Assembly (NCBI RefSeq): GCF_006345805.1
Contig: NC_043004.1
Location: 43,276,001 to 43,340,000, forward strand
Direction: 5' to 3'
DNA: 64,000 nt
DNA from: Octopus sinensis
Taxonomy: Eukaryota
A program made the translations under genes and the position numbers. Below are positions 41,711 through 55,400 of the stretch, one piece after another. The notes beneath the pieces are model-generated. The model made no database searches. It saw only the letters and a list, made by a program, of their open reading frames with translations, and was not told the origin of the DNA. Position 1 is the stretch's first letter, and every line of letters begins with the position of its first letter.

Positions 41711-42984
41711 TATGTAAACGGGACAAGATCGTGTTTCAAAATGAGGTATTTTTGTGCGCGTGCTGGATAAATGCACCAGCACCTGTATTAATATTTGCGT
41801 GACATTTACCGATTCAAGGTACAATTTCTTTAGCAAGAAAACATTTTACGCTGTGTAACACGAAACAATTTCTGGTTGATCTTCCCTAACCAAAACGATG
41901 CATACATACACACACGCATAACATACTCACACACATGCGCGCTCGCACTCTTAAATACATTTACCGATACAAACAGATAAAGTGATTCTTAATAAAGGAG
42001 CACATATATAAGGTCATCCCATAAGTTCTGTCCAATTTTACCCTTTATAAAATTGAATGAAATTTAATAGTACTTTAGAATGTCTAAAATCACGTATATA
42101 GCATATTCAAGTATTTTAGTGTACCCATCATAGATTTGGCTCTATGGCTTTATCACTCACGAATAGATGAAAATAAATATCTGTTATTAAGTATATCATT
42201 AATGCAGTGAGCTCGCAGAATCCCAGCATTTTGTCTGTCTTTGCGTTCTGAATTCATCCTTGTGGGTGTCAACGAAATATAGTACCAGTTGAATACTAGG
42301 GTTGATATAATTGACTATCCATCTTCCAAAAATGTCGGACCTTCTGCCTTTCACAGAAGGGATTGTTAACTATAACATATACTTTAACAAATTTCGAAGT
42401 ATGTATCACATAAGCAAAACATGGCAAATCATAAATAACTGTCCTACATATTTATATTGAGAGTTTTCGTTGACTCTCACCTATTTTATATTGTATTGAT
42501 ATTATTCGTAATCAACTAATTGTTTACCTTCGAGATATATCTAAATTTATCTGTCGCCCTATGTTTTCCAAGTTAAATTTCAATATAATTGTTTTAATCA
42601 TTTCTGAGACCCGAAGGTTTTTTCTGTGTTTTATCAATACAAATCATGGTCTAACACAGTATAACCGAATTATAAATGTGTATCTCTTTCTATCTAATTA
42701 ATTTATATAATAGCTACTACTACATGTTAGAGAATCGTATTTTCTATATTTATATATTTCGAAGTTTGTTGCAACTTGATATGCATAATAATTATCAATA
42801 AATCAGTACAGGTTGTCATATATTGTACATAAAATATTGTGAACATAAACGGAGGATTAATCGCTTTATATATTGAGGTTTAAATTGGTTTACATTTAAG
42901 ATATTTTAAAAATTATTTCAGTTATATGGAAATTTTGTTATTTATAATGTTGCTTAATCTTCTCTGTGCAGTTTCTGATAGTTA

Positions 42985-43014
42985 GTTACATTGAGAAATA
43001 TTTCTCAATGTAAC
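42985..43014. repeat. Perfect 30-bp palindrome
   Basis: GTTACATTGAGAAAT|ATTTCTCAATGTAAC. Confidence 0.95.
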
Positions 43015-44099
43015 AAGTATTTTTCATTAATCTGATTTTTATTCATGTCTTTATAATATCCTCTCTTATCTTTCTCTTTCCAATTATCCATGCAGAATTT
43101 AAAAATTAAAATTAAATCTACTCGAATTCTTTTGCTTTATACTCAAAACTACTCTTAGAGAATTTTGTCTTGTTTATTTTCATGTTATTAGTACAAGCAC
43201 ACATACACACACACGCACGCCACACACAAAGGCACACACACACTACACACAGAAACGCCCACGCACATATATATGTATGTACACACACACACACACATAT
43301 ATATATATTATATTTTATTCATAAACTTTATTTGAAGAAATTCTATTTCTACACAGATCACAAATGTTTTTCGCTTGTTTACCATTATTCTATAGCAAAG
43401 CTACAACAAAATAAATTGCTTATTAAATATAAATATCAGAAATAAATTCTGTTTAGCATGCATGTAACATACATTTAATTCGAATCTATGATTTACCTAC
43501 ACATTATATTGACCTTTATATTTTGAAAAGTCATCGCTTTTGTTGTTTAGTTACACGTCTATATTCAAAACGTTCGTCTCCAACTGTTCAGTTATTATAT
43601 TCATGCAAATGAATTCTTATTCTTGTAAATATATCTGGCTTTAATATCTAATATTTTTTCTAAATTGCTGCTTCCTTTTTTAGTAAACATCTTGTCCATA
43701 CTAATATATAGATTTAGACAAGCGTAATTAGAAATATATTGTAAATTTTAAATAGCTTCTGCAGCACACTAATTCCATAACTGGGATGGAACTCACACAT
43801 ATCTCTTAAATTAAAAAGAAAAAAAACAAATGCTACATCTGTATATGCTTATTAAGTACAAATACATACAGAAGTAGACAACCGCACACACACTTACATA
43901 CGTATACACACACGTGCACGCACATACGGCCGCACATATGTAAGAGCTCCACATTGATTAACACCATCCAGTCGGCTACAAGTACAGTGGGTAGTTTACC
44001 ATTATAATTAGTAATGTTACTAGTTTATTTATACCAAGCATATGAAGTTTTTATCTTAATTTTCCAAAGTTTATATCTATACAAAAACACGTGTTAAGA

Positions 44100-44480
44100 A
44101 CTTTACTTCCAAACGACGTAATTCCGTGTCCAGTGCCACTGCGTGGCCTCTTGGACAGGTACTTTAGCCTGCGGACGATCAAATTCATGTGAGTGGAAAC
44201 TAAAGCCTGTCGTATATATGGCTATATACAAATATGTGTGTGCGTGTTTATTTGTGTGCTTGTATGTGCGTGTGTGTGTGTGTCTTTTGTGTCTCTGTTT
44301 GCCACCCTCACTGCTTGACAATAGGTGTTGGGTATTTATGTCATGTAACTTAGCGGTTCGGCAAATAGGTATTGTGAGCAGCAGGTTTAACAAAGCAATA
44401 AGTAGTGGGTTCGATTAGTTGTCAATAATTTTTCAAGGCTGTGCCCCAGCATGGCGGCAGTATAATGAACAAGCAAAAAA
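44100..44480 (+). mobile_element. SINE family A, diverged
   Basis: CCACTGCGTGGC ... GGAAACTAAAG ... TAACTTAGCGGTTCGGCAAA ... GTGCCCCAGCATGGC. Confidence 0.7.
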
Positions 44481-44503
44481 TAAAATATAAATATTTTTAT
44501 ATA

Positions 44504-44696
44504 CGTGAGGGTGCTGAGAGTTTCCTGGTTTTCGGTTAAAACAAATTACAGGAGGATCATTTAAATATACATTTTACACAGCATATTCCGCAGTTTCTTG
44601 CTTTAAGTCCTGTAAAACAACTTGGTCGTTTGGTTCTCTAAGCAGGCCTGTCTCGTTACCCTTAAGGCCAGGAAGCTTTCCTCTCAGCACCGCCTC

Positions 44697-44697
<1 letters not shown>
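44504..44697. mobile_element. Mariner-type MITE
   Basis: Imperfect TIRs CGTGAGGGTGCTGAGAG..TTCCTGG / CCAGGAA..CTCTCAGCACCGCCTCG, flanked by TA. Confidence 0.65.
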
Positions 44698-44741
<44 letters not shown>

Positions 44742-44757
44742 TCTGTCTCTCAATTTT

Positions 44758-44839
44758 TTCCCCTGACGAAAGAGTAATCATTGTGATACACCCTCGTGCA
44801 TTAAATACAGTGATGTACCCCTGAAATGGCCATAGGGAA
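44758..44839 (+). ncRNA. Type-I hammerhead ribozyme with canonical core and long stem II
   Basis: TTCCC-CTGACGA-[..ATCATTGT...ACAGTGAT..]-GAAA-TGGCCA-TA-GGGAA; palindromic ATGGCCAT as stem III. Confidence 0.7.
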
Positions 44840-45333
44840 TGTAAATATGGTTTCTTCTTTTTTGCTTGGACACTGGCTTTTAACTATAGGTTTCCCTTAT
44901 CTGAAAAGTAATTTTTAATGAAAACAATTTCTAAACGATGGACTTTTATCTTACCTTATATATTATATATTACTTATTTATATGCTTCCTATATATATGT
45001 ATTTTTTATATATTTTCTATATATCTATATATTTATATATTACTTTATATTTTTACGTATTTATTATTCTAGGTGTTGTAATGTTTTTCAAAAAATATAT
45101 ATATTTATTAATCGCTAAAGTATTAACTTTTAACCGTGATGAACGGTATTCACACATTTTCTTGCATTTTCTTATAGGTTTGTACTGATGAGTTATGTTT
45201 CATCTTCCGTGATGTTATACGTGCATATTCTATGTGAAAGAAAAAGCATTACCTGATTAAATGTTCGAGATATGAAATGTTACGTGGATGACCTTGTATT
45301 AGTTTGTTCTGCAACCATAGTTTTATATATATA

Positions 45334-45387
<54 letters not shown>

Positions 45388-45391
<4 letters not shown>

Positions 45392-45641
45392 AATGCGCCC
45401 TTTTAAAGCCTAGCCAGGCTCATGGGCCCGGATTCCCCGTTTCTATGGCGTATGAGTTCCGCAGCTGGACGGGGCACCACCCCATCGCAGCACTACTCAT
45501 TTTTGCCAGCTGAGTGGACTGGAGCAACGTGAAATGAAGTGTTTTGCTCAAGAACACAACGCGTCGCCCGGTCCAGGAATCGAAACCGCAATCTTACGAT
45601 CATGATGCTGACACCCTAACCACTAAGCCACGAACCTCCAC

Positions 45642-45642
<1 letters not shown>
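45388..45642 (-). mobile_element. tRNA-derived SINE family C
   Basis: Reverse complement TGGCTTAGTGGTTAGGG A box and TTCGATTCC B box; tail similar to that of the 25130 copy. Confidence 0.85.
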
Positions 45643-45679
<37 letters not shown>

Positions 45680-47242
45680 CAGTTGAGGGAAATAAATATT
45701 CGTACATGTCAAAAGTCTCTTTTTATTTAATTCCTAATGAGCATAAATGGGATATACCAATACTATATTTGCATACACATGCATAAACTAAGAATATGCA
45801 AAAGAAACTAATAAATTATAGTAACTAATACAATTATAAATATTTAAGTGTGAAAAAAGTATTCGTAAAGAATAAATTTATGATTTTCTATGCCATAAAA
45901 TATTGTTAATTTTTTTTTTACTAGAACTTTTTCGTTTCTTCCAACAATCAGTTGTCATTTTTAAGTGTCAAAACACTATCTTCTTCATTCAGCACTGAGA
46001 CAACATAAAGTAGTATCGTAATAATGGCGAAAAGTAAAGAACTCAAAAATTCAGTGAAAATCTTATGTATTGAACAGTGGAAACGAGGTAACTGTTACAG
46101 GAAAATATCAGAGACCCTTTGTATTCCATTTCCTACCATATCTTCATTTATTCAAAGATATAAAAAATCGGGGGACTGTTGAAAGCAGAATAAGATCCGG
46201 TGTACCACTCAAGATTTCTCCTAGATCTTTAAGAAAAATGAAGCGAAGAATCGAATAAAAAAAAACGCAACGATCACCAGAAAGGAGTTGCAAGATTTGT
46301 TAGCTTCAGGGACTAGTGTTACACTGTGAACAATCAGCAATGACATTCATAGGAATGAACTGAAGTCACGCTCTCCTAGAAAAACTCCGCTGTTGACTAA
46401 AATGCATAGAGATGCCCGTTTAAAATTTGTTTATGAATATAAAGATAAATCTGATACATTCTGGAAAAAAGCTCTATGGACAAATGAGTCGAACATTGAA
46501 TTGTTTGGACGAAATTCGCATAGACATATACTGTAAAGTTTGGAGGTGGCAACATCATGGTGTGGGGGTGCTTCTCTGCAAATGTTACTGGCAATTTACA
46601 TGTGATAGATGGTAGAATGAATGCAGAGATGTACCAAAATATTCTGAACAATAATTTATGGGACTCTGTAGAAAAGCTCTAGATTTGTGAAGGTGGGTTT
46701 TACAAAAGGATAACGACACGCGAAGTGTACCAAAAAATGGATTGTCGTTCACAATATAAAATTATTAGAATGGCCAAGCAATTCACCTGACTTGGACCCC
46801 ATTGAAAATTTGTGGCGTTATTTGAAAATAAAAATTCATTGAAGAGCCCCAACGTGCATTGCAGATTTGAAGAAAATTTGTCAAGAATAGTGGGAAAAAT
46901 TCATAACGAAACATGTGTGTCATTGATTAAGAACTAAAAGAAGAAATTGGTTGAAGTAGAATTGAATAATAGTTATGCTACGAAGTATTGAATCAGAATT
47001 ATCTTTATTTATGTTCCGTACGAATACTTTTTCCGTACGAATACTTTTTCATCCCTAAATATTTAAATATTTATAATTGAATATAAATTCCTTATTCACT
47101 ATAATTTATTAGTTCCCTTTGCATATTCTTAGTTTATACATGTGTACGCAAATATAGTTTTGGTATATCCCATTTATGTTTATTAGAAATTAAATAAATA
47201 AAGACTTTTGACATTTACGAATATTTATTTCTCCCCCCATTG
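45680..47242 (+). mobile_element. Tc1-like DNA transposon with ~190-210 bp IR/DR-type TIRs; transposase disrupted
   Basis: TA-flanked CAGTTG...CATTG; TIRs 45680-45868 and 47034-47242; MAKSKEL start at 46025, [43 protein letters not shown] at 46991. Confidence 0.93.
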
Positions 47243-47257
47243 TACATACATACGTAA

Positions 47258-47299
<42 letters not shown>

Positions 47300-48289
47300 T
47301 TCTCCCCCTCCCTCCCTCTCTGTATGTCTCTCCTTCTCTCATTATATATATATAAAAATTGGACATATTGTCCATTAACCATATAATTTTTTCACAATAC
47401 GCACGCTACTCGAAAAAAAGTTGTATTTGAACTGAAAGTTTACGTAGATTTTAAAGTGCAGTATCGAAAACCTGTTATGGGAATGACACGTGTAGTGTGC
47501 TCGTAGAGCATGTTCACTGCTTGCGGCTACCGGATGTCATCAGGGGTAGTGCGCCTTTCTTGCTGGAATGAATTCTTCGGTGTACGTTTAGTGTATTCTA
47601 AATGGCTATTGCGGAAGGCTTTATCCGAAATAAAGCTTCCAGCACACTCTCTCTTCAGTGTTAATAATTTAGAGTATACATACATACAAACATACACACA
47701 TACATACAAACATACACACATACACACATCCATATATACATACATACACATACATACATACATACATACATACATACATACATACATACATACATGCATG
47801 CATACATATATACATACATAACATACATTCATAACATACATACATACATATATGCATGCTTGCATACATATATGCGTCGCTTCTCAGTGCTACAGGTATT
47901 ATATAACACCACACAACCTTGTCTAAACCGGAAAAGTGGCACAATGTGCAGGAGACCAGGTGAACAAAATCATATGTTGAGAGAGTATGTTTTGTCCAGC
48001 ATAAGCAAAATCCAATTTAAGCAACTCATAGTGGATGTCATTCAGTGACAATATGAGAATACAGGAAATCCTATGGTGATAACGTGGTAACGAAAGGTCA
48101 GGTGACGAAACTCACTGAAGGTCTCTGTCTTAAGATTTGCATTTGTGCAAACTTATATGAACAATTTCACTGCCTCGGTAGTAATCATAACCCCAAAGCA
48201 ACCTAGGTATGATAATACTGCTTTTCAGTGTATTGGGAGGAATCTAGGAAAGGAGCTATGTAACTTGCTTGCTCACACAATCAATTCAA

Positions 48290-48850
48290 TTTTTCAATAT
48301 TTATTGAAAAAAAAGCAAAAGCAAGGACATATAGAGGGGGATGGAGTTATGTACAGGGAGGTTGGTCATACAATGAGTTCAGGCCATTTCTGGTGAAGAG
48401 ATACTTTGAATCGAGCGGTCGTCGTCATCTTCACTATCTCGTCCGGCAGCTTATTCCATGGATCCGCAACCCGGACGGAGAAAGCCCCTCACCGTCGATT
48501 GAGATGAAATCGTCGCAGATAGAGCTTTTCTGAGTGACCGCGCATCCCATGCCCTGGAGCAGGAGTGAAGAACACCTCTTTCGAGAGGTTACACTTTCCG
48601 CTTATGTTGTTGTGAGCGAGAATGAGATCACCACGGCGTCGTCATTTTTCGAGAGAATAAAGTCCGAGCGTCTTCAGCCTTTCTTCATAAGACAAATGAT
48701 TGAGACCAAGAAACATGCCGGTAGCAAGCTTCTGGACTCTTTCGAGATGATATATGTCTTTGAGGAGATAAAGAGAAGAGGCTTCAATCGCGTACTCCAA
48801 TCTTGCCATTATATTGTGAAAGACTGGAGTTACAAATAATCAATCGAAAA
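48290..48850 (-). mobile_element. CR1/L2-group LINE 3' fragment
   Basis: Minus strand RGHSEKLYLRRFHLNRR*GAFSVRVADPWNKLP. Confidence 0.85.
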
Positions 48851-48894
48851 AAATATGGCAACAATGAAGGTAAAAGAGGAGTGAAACACACACG

Positions 48895-50065
48895 ATATAG
48901 CATCTTTGAACGTCCGCCCACTCCAGGACCACATAAAAAGTCCTGGCGCAAAACAGCATTTGTATCTCTGTTTCTGAGAGGTAAACATTTTAGTACCGCT
49001 GGTCTTTCGGAGACGGCTAGTAGATTTTGTTGGCTGAATGGGGTACATTTTTCTTCTAGTTTGGTAAATCTGGTGTGGTTTTCGCTTTTAGTAACTAGAA
49101 TCCTTACCAAATGAAATTTATGACCATCTTATTTCGAATCCCAGGTCGCTTATAACATTATGCTACATTAGTAAGTTCATACAAAAGAACATTTTTTCTA
49201 AGGTTACTGCTAAAGAGGAACTTCTATTTCGCTTTATAAATATTTTTGAACCGGATTCCTAATCAAGAGAACAGGTTTCCTTTTTCGAGATTTTGATGTC
49301 GGTGATGGATTAAATTTTCTATTTTAGCCAAATATTGTTGTTAATCATGATCTTGACAAAATAAATTGAAATGGACTCCTCCTACTACTTTGGTGCAGTG
49401 AGTGTAGAGTTTCTGTCACCAATCCACTTTCAAAACAGTCCAAAAAGGCACAATGTAACTTGGTATCATCGAAGAACCTGTCCAATGTCACGTGATTGAC
49501 TATTTGATTTTCCGTATTCAAAAGAGAAATGATGTTAAGATCAAAACCAATTTTCATAAAGCAAAATACATCTTTAGCAATCCTATTGTTTGTAGTAAGA
49601 TATAAAAAAAAACATCAGACCAAAGCCGGCCACATAGGAAATAAAAAATAAGAATCATACGACTTTGATATTTCAAAAACGTAATGTAGGTCGGCCACCT
49701 TTAATATAGAAGGACAAATTCAATTTTAATTTTATCCACCAATGCATTAGAAAAGAAGACTGAGAGAATCTTGCAAGAAACTGTTCAGAATGTAACAGAG
49801 AGTGCTTTTTCTAGATTCAAAATTTCGATACACAAACGATGCTTCATCACCAGTAGTTACGGGAAAACTGGAAAATAAACAGAACAACAGCCTTCCCGAA
49901 AACCAGCATTGTCCATATTGTGAATCCTCAATTAACACGTCATCTGGTTTGGTGAGTCTTGCTCGTATCCGTGTTGCTTTTGGTGGCCTGATAACGCACA
50001 TGAGACGTTGCTGGCACAGAAGAATTATTGTGGACAATGGTGCGTAGAAGTAATAGTAATGTGAG
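48895..50065 (+). mobile_element. Old RTE-type LINE remnant: AP-endonuclease pieces plus C-terminal zinc-finger tail, RT missing
   Basis: IASLNVR..RKTAFV..GLSET; NGLLLL..C..VTN..TWYH..HVIDYLI; GLITHMRRC. Confidence 0.6.
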
Positions 50066-50253
50066 TGCGTCGTTAATCGTCTACATGGATAAAAGTTTCC
50101 CGCCTTCTCGCTGAAGACTCATACGTCATCTTCGAAGGGAGAACTACTATATGCGTGTGTGTGCGTGGGTGTGTATGCATATATATTTGTGAAAATACGT
50201 GTTTGTGTGCGTGTGTGTATGTATGTGAAAAGGATCGGTGTGAAGGTAAATAT

Positions 50254-50309
<56 letters not shown>

Positions 50310-50890
50310 GCATGTACATGCGTGCATCTTTATAAGTTATATTTTTATATATGTAAGTGTTTCAACATATTTGAATAAAATTCTCTTCATAATTGTATTT
50401 GAAAATAAATTATATATTTAAAATGTATTTATTCATGGGAACCTGCAGAGGAATAAGTAGCATCACATAAATACTATGCTAAAACGTTACCAGAAATCTA
50501 GTAAATAAGAGGAAAACATTGATTCGTACAGAGGATATATCAGAAACCACCAATAATTCCGAAGCAGCCCACCAGCACTATTCATCATATTCCTCGATTA
50601 ATTGCAATTTTATGTATTTGCATTATTTATTTGAAAGTACAGTGAATATTCGAAATACTTTTGAAGCAATGTGTGTCGCTAATCTTCCAATTTTATTCTC
50701 AATGTACAAACACACGCGCGCACGCTCATACAAACACACACACATATACATATATAAATATACATACACACACACACACACATATATATTCATATATGCA
50801 CTATCGTGTTCGAAAAATAAAATTGTAAGTACATATGTGTGTGTGTTCGTGTATATATGTGCGTACATATAATATATATATGCATATATA

Positions 50891-52455
50891 GACTACCCCA
50901 CTAAACACCCCAACCATAGACTACCAGTACTAGACACTGAACTCTGGCTAGAAATTGTGAATAATAAAACCCAAATCCTTCATTCATGCTATGCCAAACA
51001 TATGGCCTCAAAATACTTGATCCACCGGAACTCAGCAATTTCGAACAATGCCAAATTCAATATTTTGATGGCAGACCTTGTCAGAATAATGAGAAATGTG
51101 TCACGCATGTGCGAGCCCACAGAGTTAAAGAGACACATACAATATTTCATTCACCGCATGCAGTTCTCAGGTTACAGCCATAAAGAAAGGATCAGAGTAT
51201 ACAAAGGAGCCATGAAGAAATTTGATGATATATTATGTAATGATAGGAATGGGATTTGCCCACTCTATAGGAACAAATCATGGAACACTATAGAAAGGAC
51301 AAAAAAGAAAATAGGGAAGGCTAACTCTTGGTATGATAGCCATAAATACCAGAGTGTCATGTTCGTTGACACCACCCTTGGAGGTGAACTGGCGTACCGC
51401 TTTAGAAGGACTCTAGACAAACTTAAGCTAAGAATTAAAGTTGTTGAATAGCCGGGCAACCCTATCAAATCTATAATTAGTAGAACCTATCCTTTTAGTA
51501 GAACCCTCTGTACGGATAAGTACTGTACTGTATGTAGATTTAGCCCCCAAACAAACTGTAAAGCCAGAAATGTAGTCTATAATATAAGATGTATAGAGGG
51601 ACGATGCAGTAACAAGACAACGACATACTTAGGGGAAACGGCAAGAAGCATAGGAGAGCGGGTAAATGAGAATTGGAGACAACTCAAGGAAGGTAAAAGC
51701 TCAGCGATTCTGTACCAACAGGCCGAACAGGAACACGGGAAATCAATCAACAATATAGGAATTAAAATATTGTCCACACATAGAACAGATGCAACAATCA
51801 GACAAATTACAGAAGCTACACACATAATAGAAAATAAACCTAGCCTGAATAGTAAACTAGAATGGAGCACTAGCACACACCACAACATATGACGATAGAG
51901 GATCCCCAAAACATGATAAATACACAGATAAATAAACAAATAGAAATAAATAACTATTCGATTCGATTTATTATTATTATTACTAGTATTGTTGTTATAC
52001 ATACATACTTACATACATACAAGCATATGTAATGATAATAATAAGTGGATGTAAACACATGAACAAAATAATAATAAACAAAAGCAACAAGAACAAAAAC
52101 AAAATACAAATTACATGAACGTATATAAACAGAAGATACAAATATTACATGCACCCCCCCAAAAACACACACTAAATAAACATGGACGCATATAGAGATA
52201 TAAGCATGCGGAAATGAAGACATACAATAGAAATACAAAATGGCTGACGGTTAGTAAGGAGAGATACAAATAAGAAAGAAGAAAACAAAGGACCACTGAT
52301 GCGGTCACAGGAATGTAACGAAAGAACTCTGACCGAAATAAGATTAAGATTAATGTAAAAAATAAATAACACTGAAGCAAAGTAACACCAAATATATAGG
52401 GCGTGTGTTTTTATTGGCTAAACTGGCAATATGACCATTCCGAAATATAACAATA
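50891..52455 (+). mobile_element. 5'-truncated Penelope-like element (RT thumb, Cys-rich linker, GIY-YIG, pLTR)
   Basis: One frame 50891-51892 with a single TAG at 51449: DYPTKHPNHRLPVLD ... CTDKYCTVC..NC..NVVYNIRC..C..YLGETARS..ER ... EA..I..KPSLNSKLEW; ends in (TA)n. Confidence 0.92.
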
Positions 52456-55400
52456 TATATATATATATATATATACAGAGAGCGAGGCAGAGAGAGAGAG
52501 ATGAATAAATGCACAAATTAACACCGTGGCATACACAAACACACATGAATATATTTAAATATATATGTCTAAATATGTCTGCATGTACTATTTTGGGGTC
52601 CACATAGGAGAAAGTTAGTCATATCTAAATTCAAGTAATTCAATATATAGAATTATATTGATATATTTATTCCTGATAAGACTGATTCGATATTATTACC
52701 CTCGTTTTGCATATTCAGATTTTAGTTGGAAATCGTACACATTCTAAAGGGAAATGTATTTATTTCGTAAAGATATAGAAGTGAGAATATATATTTATCG
52801 GAGAGGAAAAAGATGCGAGGTTGCATCACGTAATAACTATTCTCATGGCAGAGACATCCCACAACATTTTCTAAAGCAATCGTGTGAAATGTACAACTGT
52901 TTGCCTTAAAATTATCTCCCTTCGCAGTTGTTAAGAATTGTCACTTGGATATGGATTTCTTCCCTCGCGGTTAGGCAAATGTCAATCACTTTCTCATCGT
53001 TGCTTATCCTGCAAAGAATCTTTTAAAACTGTATTGGAATGTTCTTGCAATACTTATTTTCCCTCCTGATCGTCTCAATCTAATGCACCAGTCCACCAGT
53101 TGGATGCTCGTTTCTGGGCGGGGCTGCGACTAAAGGCATCCATCCAATAACCATCTTCCATTGTGAAGGTTAACTCACTCCAATGAAGATGCATGATGGA
53201 TCGATAGGAAAGTCCTCTAGTAGAAAAAGACATCAAAAAGTTCCTCCCTATTCATTGGCAATCGGGAGAGGAATATTCCATTAGCTTACAAAGTGAGGAT
53301 ACTACAAACTACAGTAACATTTTCTGTTTTAAATTGAATAATTCTCTAATAGGGGAGATCACGTATACATCCTATGATCTTTTGATTCATAAAAATCTGG
53401 AAGCATTGAAAATATCTGTTCAGCATTAGTGAATGAAGCTGAAATGCGAAAAGTCTCACCGCCACTAACATCAAAGTAGGGTGCTTAATTTGGTAGCTAA
53501 AATCGGTGACTCGGTAAAAATAGGATACAAATAAGATGTGAAAATAAGGGTGTACTATGATTATACACTTATACTTCTAGTTATAAATATATATGTATAT
53601 ATGTGTTTGTGTCTATGCGTCTATGTGGAAATATAATTATATAAGCAGATACACTCGCACCCATAAATATATCTAGTATATATAAATTACAGTCTGAGTG
53701 TGCATAATGACATGATAGAATATCAAAATAAATACTGTTTTTTTGCGAAATTTTCCGATCGAAAACAATGCATATATCACGTCCTTTTACACCCGGGATT
53801 CCCAATGCGTAGCTCACGCCCCACCGGTGGAACATGGTAATATTTTGTTGAGGCATGGTAATATTTTGGTCAGGCATGCATAGTGTTATGTTGAATTTAT
53901 ACTCTTTAAACACAATGTTTAGTATACCAATAAGAGGAAAGGGGGCAATTCGAGAATGAGTTACTAAAAACAAAAATTCTTCACATCCCTTCTGCGGACA
54001 ATTTTATCAAATATATAAAATTTAATTAGAAAAAAAATACCTCTTCTTAAAATTTATGAGGAAAATACACCGAAGTTGTAAATTTTCCGACGACCTCGCC
54101 CTTCCTGTTGATTTCCACCCTTTTTTTTTTCATATTCGTTTCCTATACATTTTTTTTACGTGTGTTGCACTATTTTTTAACTTCTGTTTCCGGGTAATAT
54201 TGTAAAGATTTGCATAACAAAAATTAAATATGACAAGGGGGGATTCAGGATTTTAGAAATGATTCGGTGGAGCATGGCCAAAAATCTGTTGAGAACCACT
54301 GTTTTACACCAAAGGCATATATACCGATACAGAATATCATCACAGATTGTCATGGACAAACATATTACTTAAAATAACTGAATTTAGGTTCTCTTCTCCC
54401 CAACAATGTAAGAGCGAAATACGAAAATTGTCACAAAAATACTTGTCAATAATTAGTAATCTAATACATAGAGGCACATCCTAGGATGATGAAGAAGAGA
54501 TGGTAAGTGACATGCATTGCACAATATATACATTAAACATACACGAATATATCAGAAACTAAAGCTATTTAAATTTCAGAAACCACACATGAAAAGTATT
54601 AATGTCGATACAAAAGCTGAATACATGATCAAACATCAGCTAAAACAGATCGTAACCCATATAACCAAATGTAAATTAACACTAATAGTTTTTAAATAAA
54701 CAATCAAATTAAAAACTGTTTCCTCAATAAAATATCGCAATGTGTCAAAGTAAGAATATCTTACTAATGTCAAATATCTTTTAAAAAATTCGGTAGAAAA
54801 TGCTGAAGTCGCAAATTTCATGGTTGCAACCTTTACCTTGTTCATCCATGTACGGTACTCTGCGGAGATCCCCGCGTTTACTTGAAAGAAAAAGAATCTG
54901 TGATACACAGAATGATATAACACAAAACAATACTGGTCTATACAAAAACGCTTGGAAATGATGTAGTGTCTTTCCGTGACGCGAATCGTTTTTGTCCTTA
55001 TTTTGTCAACCGTAAGCGTAAAGAATGACCATTGGGTGATATTGAACGTTTAATGTCTACATATTTATCCCGTTAATTTTATAACTCTACAGTACTTATT
55101 TCTAATTATTTCTCACACTTTCCCTTCTCTCCCCCTCCCTCTCTATCTCCTTCTGTCTCCCCATTTCTCTTTCTGATGTCAACTACTTTTATTTTCTATG
55201 CTTCTCAATGGTAATATTCTTTGCTCAGTTGCCTTAAAACATTTCACTCGAGTGCATAAACAACGCACTGTTCACTTGCATCCATTATTCCACAACATGA
55301 CAGCCCAATGCCTAATGGAAGTTCATTATTAACACAAGTTTCTCTAATGCATATATGTATGTATGTGCTTTAGTGCGTGTGTAACTGTTTGTGCAAATGC

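Noticed and set aside
52780-53320. Possible LINE endonuclease N-terminus on the minus strand
   Set aside because: Too degenerate to support by eye
54230-54301. hAT-like terminus (CAGTGGTTCTCAAC on the minus strand); likewise a mariner-like end near 42010
   Set aside because: Only one end found in each case; no matching TIR or TSD
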